Below, in pieces: positions 56,245 to 64,000 of a DNA stretch of 64,000 nt. Below the pieces are notes generated by a model. That model ran no database searches, was not told the DNA's origin, and saw nothing but the letters and a program-made list of their open reading frames with translations. Both the position numbers and the translations under genes were made by a program. The stretch's first letter is position 1. Every line of letters starts with the position of its first letter. The DNA comes from an uncultured Deinococcaceae bacterium (GTDB lineage Bacteria; Deinococcota; Deinococci; Deinococcales; Deinococcaceae): the NCBI GenBank assembly GCA_964252075.1, contig CAXULY010000012.1:32001-96000 (forward strand). Reading direction: 5' to 3'.

Positions 56245-57002
56245 AGCGTGTGCCTCACCCACACGTTCGGCTCCACGTACACCGCGTGGTCCTGCTCCAC
56301 ACTCACGTGCACGGGCACCAGCGCTCCCGGCACGATCACGTCCCCCGACGTGTCGAACGGCAGGCCCGTCCAGGACCGCCACGTCTGCAGCGCGGCGCTG
56401 ATCGTCATGCTGCACGGCGCGACGCCCAGCACCTGCCCGCCGAGGCGCACGTGCACGCGCAGCCACGGGTCGAAGGGCAGGCCGTCCTCCGCCTGCGTGC
56501 GCGCCACGTACGACCACATGGGCACGAGCGGCTCCAGGTGCTTCTGGTTGGGCCGCACGGGCGCGTACAGGGTGTCGAACCCCTGCGCGCGCGCGTTGTC
56601 CCGCAGGGCGCGCACCATCAGGCCCGCCAGCGCCTGCCCCTTGCGGTCCGGCCGCAGGGTGATCTCCAGCGCGCTCACGGCGTTCAGCGGTGTGCGCAGC
56701 ATCCGGTCGCGGTGCGCCCAGCGCAGCACCTCGTCCCAGCCGCCCGCGGGGAGCGCCCCTCGGCCCGGCCCGCCGAAGGCGAAGGGCACGCTCGCGGCGC
56801 GCGCAATCACCGTGTCCGGCGCGGCCTCATCGAAGGCCACCAGCGCGAAGGCGCGGTAATGCGCGAAGTGCTCCGCCCCGAAGTACAGCGAGGCGGTCGG
56901 GTCGTGAAACATGAATGCGGGCCACGAGCGGGCAAATTCGTCCGACCAGAAGCCCCCCTCGAGGTCCGGCCGCTCCTGCAGGTTCACCACGCGGATGGGC
57001 AC
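56241..57002 (-). CDS. GNAT-fold protein
   Basis: RKGQALA acyl-CoA loop, [31 protein letters not shown] -10 6 nt before GTG. Confidence 0.8.
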
Positions 57003-57100
57003 GCGCCAATCATAAAGGGCTTTCGCGTGATAGAGCCGTCCAAACACAGCCACGACCCCCGTCACCGTGGGCTTCACGCGCGCGGGATAGAATGCTCGGG

Positions 57101-59260
57101 ATGCCAGAGAAAACGTACACAACGACGCTCGGTGGCCGCACGCTGACCATCGAGACCGGGCGCCTCGCGAAGCTCGTGAGCGGCTCGGTCACGGTGCGCT
57201 ACGGCGACACCGTGCTCCTCGTGACCGCCCAAGCGCGCCAGGAACCCTCCACGCTGGATTTCCTGCCGCTCACGGTGGAGTTCGAGGAGCGCCATTTCGC
57301 GGTCGGGAAGATTCCCGGCAGCTTCCAGCGCCGCGAGGGTCGCCCCGGCGAGCGCGCCATCTTGTCGGCGCGCATCACGGACCGCCAGATTCGCCCGCTG
57401 TTCCCGAAAGGGTACCGCAGCGAGACGCAGGTCATCATCACGGTGCTCTCCGCCGACCAGCAGAACCTCCCGGACGTGCTGGGTCCGCTGGGCGCCTCGG
57501 CGGCCCTGAGCATCTCGGACATCCCGTGGAACGGCCCCACCGCGTGCGTGCGGGTGGGTCACATCGGCGGGCAGTACGTCATCAACCCCACCACCGATCA
57601 GGTGAAGGACAGCCGCATGGACCTCGTGGTGGCGGGCACGCGCGACGCCGTGATGATGGTGGAGGCGGGCGCGCAGACGGTGGATGAGGAGCTGCTGGTG
57701 GGCGCCATCGAGTTCGCGCACGCCGAAATGCAGGGCGTCATCTCGCTGATCGAGACGATGCGCGCGGAGCTGGGGCACGAGAAGTTCCCGTTCGAGGCGG
57801 CGGGCAGCGTGCCGGAGGACGTGCTGGGCAGCGTCGCGGACCGCGCGCGCGAGCTGGGCCTGCGTGACGCCCTGCTCACGACGTCCAAGAAGGACCGCAG
57901 CGTGCGCCTGAAGGCGCTGCGCGACGCCCTGGTGGCGGAGCGCGTGCCGGACGTGCTGGCGGACGGCGCGGTGGAGCGTGTGAGCCACATCAAGGGTGCG
58001 TGGGAGAAGGCCGAGAAGGCCGAGCTGCGCCGCCTGATTCTGGAGGAGGACCTGCGCGCGGACGGGCGGAACACCCGCACCGTGCGCCCCATCTGGATTG
58101 AGGCGCACCCCCTGCCCCGCCCGCACGGCAGCGCGATCTTCACGCGCGGCGAGACGCAGGTGCTGGGCACCACGACACTCGGCACGGAGCGCGACGAGAT
58201 CCTCGTGGACGACCTGACGCTGGAGGAGGGCGACAAGTTCCTCCTGCACTACAACTTCCCGCCGTACAGCACGGGCGAGGTGAAGCGCATGGGCGGGCAG
58301 TCCCGCCGCGAGGTCGGTCACGGGCACCTCGCCAAGCGCGCGCTGCGGGCGGTGCTGCCGAGCTTCGAGGAGTTCCCGTACGTGATTCGCGTGGTGGGCG
58401 ACGTGCTGGAGAGCAACGGCAGCAGCAGCATGGCGACCGTCTGCGCGGGCACCCTGAGCCTCATGGATGCGGGCGTGCCCATCAAGGCGCCCGTGGCGGG
58501 CGTCGCGATGGGCCTCGTGATCGAGGGCGAGCAGTACCGCATCCTCACGGACATCCTGGGCCTCGAGGACGCGCTGGGCGACATGGACTTCAAGGTCTGT
58601 GGCACCGCCGAGGGCGTCACGGCCCTGCAGATGGACATCAAGGTGGGCGGCATCACGCCCGCCATCATGCGTGAGGCGCTCGCGCAGGCGCGCGAGGCGC
58701 GCCTGCACATCCTCGGGAAGATGGCGGAGGTGCTGCCGGCGCCGCGCGCTGAGCTCTCCCCCACCGCGCCGCGCATCGTGACCATCAAGATCAACCAGGA
58801 GCTGATCGGGAAGGTCATCGGGCCGGGCGGCAAGCAGATCCGCGAGCTCGAAGCGATGGGCGCGCAGATCACCGTGGAGGAGGACGGCACCATCCGCATC
58901 TTCAGCGCGGACGGCGAGGCCGCGAACCGTGTGCGCGCCCGCATCGAGGGCCTCACGCGCGAGGCGAAGGTCGGTGAGGAATTCACCGGGACGGTTGTCA
59001 AGACGACGCCCTTCGGCGCGTTCATCAACCTCTTCGCCGGTCAGGACGGCATGCTGCACATCTCGCAGATGTCCGAGGAGCGCGTGAACGCCGTCGAGGA
59101 CGTCATGAACGTGGGCGACACCATCAACGTGAAGATCGCGAACATCGATGACCGCGGCAAGATCGACCTGATCCGCCCGGAGCTGGAGGGCAAGATCGCG
59201 CCGCGTGAGCCGCGCGCCCCGCGCGGCGACCGCCCCCCCCGCGACCGCGAGCGCCGCTGA
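57101..59260 (+). CDS. pnp: Polyribonucleotide nucleotidyltransferase
   Basis: [46 protein letters not shown] and S1 domains. Confidence 0.98.
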   Translation: MPEKTYTTTLGGRTLTIETGRLAKLVSGSVTVRYGDTVLLVTAQARQEPSTLDFLPLTVEFEERHFAVGKIPGSFQRREGRPGERAILSARITDRQIRPLFPKGYRSETQVIITVLSADQQNLPDVLGPLGASAALSISDIPWNGPTACVRVGHIGGQYVINPTTDQVKDSRMDLVVAGTRDAVMMVEAGAQTVDEELLVGAIEFAHAEMQGVISLIETMRAELGHEKFPFEAAGSVPEDVLGSVADRARELGLRDALLTTSKKDRSVRLKALRDALVAERVPDVLADGAVERVSHIKGAWEKAEKAELRRLILEEDLRADGRNTRTVRPIWIEAHPLPRPHGSAIFTRGETQVLGTTTLGTERDEILVDDLTLEEGDKFLLHYNFPPYSTGEVKRMGGQSRREVGHGHLAKRALRAVLPSFEEFPYVIRVVGDVLESNGSSSMATVCAGTLSLMDAGVPIKAPVAGVAMGLVIEGEQYRILTDILGLEDALGDMDFKVCGTAEGVTALQMDIKVGGITPAIMREALAQAREARLHILGKMAEVLPAPRAELSPTAPRIVTIKINQELIGKVIGPGGKQIRELEAMGAQITVEEDGTIRIFSADGEAANRVRARIEGLTREAKVGEEFTGTVVKTTPFGAFINLFAGQDGMLHISQMSEERVNAVEDVMNVGDTINVKIANIDDRGKIDLIRPELEGKIAPREPRAPRGDRPPRDRERR

Positions 59261-59274
59261 AGCACCACAGCAGG

Positions 59275-59299
59275 GGGGCCGGGCATGCAGCCCGGCCCC
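59275..59299. terminator. Hairpin between convergent pnp and small membrane gene
   Basis: GGGGCCGGGC-ATGCA-GCCCGGCCCC. Confidence 0.65.
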
Positions 59300-59304
59300 T
59301 CACC

Positions 59305-59592
59305 TCATGGCCCGAGTTTCGGTCTGAACAGCACCACTCCAGCGAGGCTGCCCAGCACGCCCAGCGCGAGGAGCGTGAAGGCCAGGACCGCGTACCCGCG
59401 CGCGTACAGCGTGAGGACACCCACGGCGCCCAGCCCGCTGAGCGCGAGGCCCGGCACAGCGGAGCGCAGGGACGTGCGGGCCGCCATGTCCGGCTGCGCC
59501 TGCTGCCGCGCGATGGCGCGCGCGCTGAACACCCCGCCCGCGACGCAGCACAGCCCGGCCAGCACCGCCACCAGCACCCACACCCCCGTCAT
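59305..59592 (-). CDS. Small membrane protein (3 TM)
   Basis: Hydrophobic segments; TACAAT 7 nt before ATG. Confidence 0.65.
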   Translation of the reverse strand: MTGVWVLVAVLAGLCCVAGGVFSARAIARQQAQPDMAARTSLRSAVPGLALSGLGAVGVLTLYARGYAVLAFTLLALGVLGSLAGVVLFRPKLGP

Positions 59593-59824
59593 GAGGGGCA
59601 TTGTACGGGAAAGGCGAAAACCGCCCGTTCACCTGTCTGCCCACTCTGCATAGGCGTGTGTGCCAGGAGGGCTGGCTCCATCCAGCGCGCCTCAATCCAG
59701 CCCTGGATGAGCGTGCCACGAGGGAGGGCCGGAAGCGGTGCCTCCCCTTGCGCAGCGCAGCGCAGCTCCCCCTATCTACTGCCATGGCCCTCCCCGCAGC
59801 GCCCTTCCCCGCTAGAATGCCCGC

Positions 59825-60139
59825 ATGCGCCCCGCCTACCTCACCGCCGCCCGTCACCTGCAGCGTGGCCGTGAGGCCGCCGTGGAGGGCGATGACCAGC
59901 TGGCCGTGCGGGAGTACACGAGCGCCCTGCACCTGCTGCGGGCCCTGCCGCCCGAGCGCACGCGGGACGTGCTGCTGGCGCACACGCACCTCGCGTATTA
60001 CCAGACGCTGGCGTTGTCGGCGCGCACCCCGGCGCAGGAGCACCTGCACCTGGGCATCAGTTACGCGCGCACGACGCGTGATTCGCTGGCGCGCGCGATT
60101 GCCGAGGAGTGCCTGTCAGGGCTGGAAGTCACGCTGTAG
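59825..60139 (+). CDS. Hypothetical helical (TPR-like) protein
   Basis: TAGAAT 6 nt before ATG; helical pattern. Confidence 0.7.
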   Translation: MRPAYLTAARHLQRGREAAVEGDDQLAVREYTSALHLLRALPPERTRDVLLAHTHLAYYQTLALSARTPAQEHLHLGISYARTTRDSLARAIAEECLSGLEVTL

Positions 60140-60491
60140 CGCTCAACGCCGCCCGTTGCGCCCGGGTCAGTCCGGCCACCACGAGGTCATAGCTGTGCCG
60201 CAGCAGCTCACCCACCAGCGCGGGGTCAAGTCGACCGTCGAGGGTGAGGGTGTTCCAGTGACGTTTGCTGAGGTGGTAACCGGGCGTGATGGCGTCATGC
60301 TCCGCGCGGAGGGCTTCGGCGTGCTCGGGGTCGCACTTGAGGCTGAGGGTGAGGGGGTCGGCGATGATGTCGGTGAGGGCGTACACTTTGCCCGCCACCT
60401 TGAACACCAGCGTGGTCGGCCCGAAGGGGAAGGTCTCCTGACTGCCGGGCAGGGCGGCGCAGGCGGCGCGCAGGTCAGCGACGGTGTGCAT
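60129..60491 (-). CDS. MmcQ/YjbR family DNA-binding protein
   Basis: PFG..VFKV.GK, LKCDP, PGYHLSKRHWN, SYDLV. Confidence 0.93.
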   Translation of the reverse strand: MHTVADLRAACAALPGSQETFPFGPTTLVFKVAGKVYALTDIIADPLTLSLKCDPEHAEALRAEHDAITPGYHLSKRHWNTLTLDGRLDPALVGELLRHSYDLVVAGLTRAQRAALSATA

Positions 60492-60511
60492 GCCTCAGCT
60501 TGCCACGCCCT

Positions 60512-61057
60512 TCAGCGGATGGGGGGCCGGTCGGGGTGCGGCCTCGGGGGTGGGCCGCCGAGGTCGGGGATGAGGGCGGCGGTGCGGCGGTCGAAGTGCA
60601 GTTCCGCCACGGCGCGGCCCTGGCTGAGCAGGTAGCAGTGCACCTGCGGACCGAGCACCTGCGTGAGGCCGGAGACGTTGAGTGCCGCGGTGCGCGCCGC
60701 GAGGGTGGCGCGCTGGTGGGCGGTGGGGGTGGGTGGAACGCCCGGCGCGTCCGTGAGGAGGGGGGCGCCGCCGCGCTCCACGAGGTGAAAGTCAGGGGTG
60801 AGGAACGCGAAGGTCACGGGGCGGCCCTGGTACGTGAGTTGCAGGGCGAGGCGCGGGCCCTGCGGGGTGGGCCACACGAGCACCGCGCCGGGTTGCAGCG
60901 CGCGGGCGACGGTGGTGGCGCGCTGCACGTAGGCGCGCGCCTCACTGAAGGAGAGGGCGGCGGGCGGCTGCAGGGCGCGGGGCGGTTTCGGCTGCGCGCC
61001 GGCCGCGCCCACAAGCGCCAGGGCGAGCAGGGCCAGCTGGGGTGCTCGGGGTGCCAT
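60512..61057 (-). CDS. Hypothetical secreted Pro-rich protein
   Basis: Signal peptide, AGGAG RBS. Confidence 0.65.
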   Translation of the reverse strand: MAPRAPQLALLALALVGAAGAQPKPPRALQPPAALSFSEARAYVQRATTVARALQPGAVLVWPTPQGPRLALQLTYQGRPVTFAFLTPDFHLVERGGAPLLTDAPGVPPTPTAHQRATLAARTAALNVSGLTQVLGPQVHCYLLSQGRAVAELHFDRRTAALIPDLGGPPPRPHPDRPPIR

Positions 61058-61094
61058 CGCTCCTCTCCTCCCTCTGCCGTCAGTGTAGCGAGCG

Positions 61095-61144
61095 GCGTGA
61101 AGGCCGGGCACCAGAACGCATGATCTGGTGCCCGGCCTTCACGC
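61095..61144. repeat. Perfect 21-bp inverted repeat with 8-nt loop
   Basis: GCGTGAAGGCCGGGCACCAGA-ACGCATGA-TCTGGTGCCCGGCCTTCACGC. Confidence 0.75.
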
Positions 61145-61146
61145 GT

Positions 61147-61617
61147 TTACTTCCCAGTGGGCGGTGTGGGGGCGGTGGGGGCGCCGGGCGTCGCGGGTCC
61201 GCGCTGGGCGCCAGGACCCATGCGGCCCGCGCCGCGCGGGTCGGTGCCGCTCAGCACTTCGGCGGCGTGCAGGAGGTCGCGGGCGGCGCGCAGGTACTTG
61301 CTGTCCGCGGCGCCCTGACCGGCGCGGGTGAGCAGGGTGCGGGCCTCGGTGAGGAGTCGGCGGGCGTCGGCGTCGGTGGTCTGGCGGCTGAGCGCGTCAA
61401 TGCGCGCCTGCAGTTGCTGCGCGCTTTCCCGCGGGCCGGCCCGGTCGGGGCCCCGGCCGGGCATGCCGGGACCACGGCCGGGTTGCCCAGCACCGGGCGC
61501 CGGGGGGGCGGTCTGGGCGGTGGTGGGGGCGGTGCCCGTGGGGGGCGCGGTGGTTCCGGCGGCGGCGGCGAGGCTGCTCAAGGCGAGGATCAGGCTGAGG
61601 GGCAGGGTGAGTTTCAT
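61147..61617 (-). CDS. Hypothetical secreted protein, Pro/Gly-rich arms around a helical core
   Basis: Signal peptide MKLTLPLSLILALSSLAAA, AAGGAGG RBS. Confidence 0.75.
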   Translation of the reverse strand: MKLTLPLSLILALSSLAAAAGTTAPPTGTAPTTAQTAPPAPGAGQPGRGPGMPGRGPDRAGPRESAQQLQARIDALSRQTTDADARRLLTEARTLLTRAGQGAADSKYLRAARDLLHAAEVLSGTDPRGAGRMGPGAQRGPATPGAPTAPTPPTGK

Positions 61618-61652
61618 GGTGTTCCTCCTTCGCCTCGCAGTGTGGGGCGATG

Positions 61653-61694
61653 CGCTGAACGCGTCCGGGTGCGGCGCTGAACGAACGCTGAACG
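61653..61694. promoter_or_regulatory. Three CGCTGAACG direct repeats in 11-bp phase (OmpR-type box)
   Basis: Copies at 61653, 61675, 61686. Confidence 0.6.
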
Positions 61695-61705
61695 CGCCGG
61701 GCCGC

Positions 61706-63043
61706 TCAATCGGCGGGCAGCGTGAGCCGCACCTCCAGGCCCTCGGGTGTGTTGCGCGCGTTGGCGTCCCCGCCGTGCGCGCGGGCGGTGGCCTGCACGA
61801 TGGCGAGCCCCAGGCCGGACCCGCCGGGCGTGCGGGTCGCTTCGGGGCCGCGCACGAAGCGCTCGAACATGCGCGTGAGGAACGCCTCGGGGAGCGTGGC
61901 GGGGTTCAGGACGCTCACCGTGACGGGCGGCCCGGACTGCACGCGCAACGTGATGTGACCGCCGGGCGGGGTGTGCGCGGCGGCGTTGCGGATGAGGTTC
62001 CACACGGCGCCCTCCACGCGCGCGCGGTCGGCGCGCACCGTCACGCCTGGTCCTTCCAGCGCGAAGTGGCGGTCGGGTGCGAGGTCGCGCGCGCTGTCCA
62101 GCACGCCCGCAAGCAGGGCGCGCAGGTCCAGGGCTTCGCGCTGCAGGGGTTCTCCGGCGTCCAGGCGCGTGAGGGTCAGGAGGTCATCCACGAGGCGTCC
62201 GGCGCGGCGCGATTCACGGCGCAGGTTCGCGAGGAGGCGTTCGCGCGCCTCCTCGTTCCCGGCGGAGCGCTCCAGCACCTCCAGGCTGCCCTGGATGGCG
62301 GCGAGCGGCGTGCGGAGTTCGTGGCTGGCGTCCGCCGCGAAGCGGCGCGTGCGGGCCTCCTCGGCGGTGAGGCGCGTGAAGGCGTCCTGCAGGCGGTCCA
62401 GCATGAGGTTCAGGCTGCGCGCGAGGGCGGACACCTCGTCGTGGGAGGGCGGCACGTCCAGGCGCACGTCGAGTTGCGCGGCGGTCAGGCGTTCCGCGCG
62501 GCGGCTCATGGCGCGCAGGGGACTCAGCCCGACCCCCAGCAGCCACGCGCCGAGCAGGGCGGTGGCGAGCAGGGCGAGCGCGGCGGCCAGCAGGTAATTC
62601 AGGGTGAAGCGCGCGAGGAGCGCGCGAATGTCGTCCTGCTGCAGGTTGAGGCCCAGGATGGTGCCGCCCGGGGAGCGCACCAGCAGCAGGTCGCCCGCGC
62701 GGGCCTGCCCGCGCCGCCGCACGTCCGCGAGGGCCTGCGGGGGAATGCCGGGGTGGGGGGCGGTGTCGGTGTCGTAGCGCCGCCCGCCCGTGATGAGCAC
62801 GCCCCAGCTGCCCCGGTCCAGCGCGGCGCGGCTGAGCTGCGCGTACAGCACGCCCAGGCGGTCGTCCACGCTGAGGCCGCTGCCGCCCTCGCCCGCGATG
62901 AGGCTCAGCTGCCCCAGCGCGCTGCGCTGCGCCTGGTCCTGCGCGTAACGGTCCAGGCTGGCGCGCAGCACCACGCCGAGCGGCAGCAGGGTGGCGGCGG
63001 CGGTGAGCAGCACCACCAGCAGCAGGCGCGCGCGCAGGCTCAC
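61706..63043 (-). CDS. HAMP-domain sensor histidine kinase
   Basis: 2 TM, ASHELRTPL, NLIRNA, FERF, GLGLAI. Confidence 0.94.
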   Translation of the reverse strand: MSLRARLLLVVLLTAAATLLPLGVVLRASLDRYAQDQAQRSALGQLSLIAGEGGSGLSVDDRLGVLYAQLSRAALDRGSWGVLITGGRRYDTDTAPHPGIPPQALADVRRRGQARAGDLLLVRSPGGTILGLNLQQDDIRALLARFTLNYLLAAALALLATALLGAWLLGVGLSPLRAMSRRAERLTAAQLDVRLDVPPSHDEVSALARSLNLMLDRLQDAFTRLTAEEARTRRFAADASHELRTPLAAIQGSLEVLERSAGNEEARERLLANLRRESRRAGRLVDDLLTLTRLDAGEPLQREALDLRALLAGVLDSARDLAPDRHFALEGPGVTVRADRARVEGAVWNLIRNAAAHTPPGGHITLRVQSGPPVTVSVLNPATLPEAFLTRMFERFVRGPEATRTPGGSGLGLAIVQATARAHGGDANARNTPEGLEVRLTLPAD

Positions 63044-63052
63044 GCGGGGCGC

Positions 63053-63736
63053 TCAGGGGCGCTGGCGCAGGGCGTACCCGGCGCCGCGCACCGTCTGGAT
63101 CAGCTCGGGCTCTCCGAGTGCCTTGCGCAGCTGACGCACGTACACCTCCACGATGTTGTCGTCCCCCAGGAAGTCCGGGCCCCACACGCTGTCCAGCAGC
63201 ACGCCCTTGCTGATGGCGCGCTCCGGGTGGCGCAGCAGGAAGGCCAGCACGTCCAGCGCGCGCGGGCTGAGGTCCAGCGCGCGGCCCGCGCGGCTCGCCT
63301 CGCGCAGGTGCGTGTCCAGGGTGAGGTCCGCGTAGCGCAGTTCCCGCCCGGCGTCCAGCTTGCTGCGGCGCAGCACCGCCTGCACGCGCGCCACGAGCTC
63401 CCCGAAGTGGAAGGGTTTCACGAGGTAGTCGTCCGCGCCGCCCGTGAGGCCGCGGATGCGGTCCTCGACGCCGTCGCGCGCGGTGAGCATCAGGACGGGC
63501 GTCGCGCCGCGGCTGCGGATGGCACCCAGCACCGCGAAGCCGTCCAGGCCGGGCAGGCCCACGTCGAGGATCACCACGTCGGGCCGCTCGCGCGCGAAGA
63601 GGTCCAGCGCGTCCCCGCCGCTCGCGGCCCACAGCACCCGGTACCCCTCGTAGCCCAGCCCGAGTTCCAGGTAATCGCGGATGCTGGGGTCGTCCTCGAC
63701 GAGCAGCACGCTGCGGGCAGGCTCGGCGGCGGTCAC
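63053..63736 (-). CDS. OmpR family response regulator (MprA-like)
   Basis: LLVEDD, LDVGLPG, GADDYLVKPF, VEVYVRQLRK, TVRGAGY; TACAGT 6 nt before GTG. Confidence 0.95.
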   Translation of the reverse strand: MTAAEPARSVLLVEDDPSIRDYLELGLGYEGYRVLWAASGGDALDLFARERPDVVILDVGLPGLDGFAVLGAIRSRGATPVLMLTARDGVEDRIRGLTGGADDYLVKPFHFGELVARVQAVLRRSKLDAGRELRYADLTLDTHLREASRAGRALDLSPRALDVLAFLLRHPERAISKGVLLDSVWGPDFLGDDNIVEVYVRQLRKALGEPELIQTVRGAGYALRQRP

Positions 63737-63815
63737 CCCGTCACTGTAACGTGGCGCGCTGAAGAAACGTTGAAGGGGCCGGGCGCACGGCCCGACCCCT
63801 CCTGAGCGTGCGGCC

Positions 63816-64000
63816 TTACACGAGGCGGCGGCGCACCTCGCTGGACAGGAAGTCAATGAGGTTCACGACCAGCACGATGGCGATCACGCCGATGATCATC
63901 TGGTTGTAATGCCCGGACTGCATGGCGCCCTGAATGAAGAAGCCGATGCCGCCCGCGCCCACGAAGCCCAGCACGATGGACACGCGGAAGTTGATCTCGA
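63816..64000 (-). CDS. phnE: Phosphonate/phosphite ABC permease PhnE/PtxC, C-terminal part (truncated by window)
   Basis: Manual translation EINFRVSIVLGFVGAGGIG..IDFLSSEVRRRLV*. Confidence 0.85.
   Translation of the reverse strand, partial: EINFRVSIVLGFVGAGGIGFFIQGAMQSGHYNQMIIGVIAIVLVVNLIDFLSSEVRRRLV

Overview
High-GC (~70%) chromosomal segment from a Deinococcus species. The assignment rests on a DdrA/Rad52-type gene, RDRM operators, an LdrP-type CRP regulator and pervasive leaderless TAnnnT promoters. It holds about 65 genes, mostly housekeeping or metabolic: rel, serA, aat, ruvA, a proline-catabolism operon, osmC/ohrR, glgP, recQ, buk, htrA, a tRNA nucleotidyltransferase, pnp, two two-component systems, and a Rieske-oxygenase/amino-acid ABC operon. 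I saw no rRNA, tRNA, CRISPR array, transposase, integrase or prophage. Most notable signals: (1) a 39-aa Pro/Arg-rich microprotein with its own promoter, RBS and terminator upstream of rel; (2) a structured ~170-nt leader with internal repeats ahead of the Rieske/ABC operon (riboswitch candidate); (3) a divergent DdrA-like gene and recQ, each behind an RDRM-like operator; (4) CarH/LitR-like TGTACA repeats ahead of a lone ldrP; (5) 11-bp-periodic operator repeats at a SARP/STAND-DGC pair and at a TCS; (6) a racemase plus D-cysteine/cysteate lyase pair; (7) a homopolymer frameshift in a LURP-one-like gene. All calls come from reading motifs by eye; no searches or folding were run.
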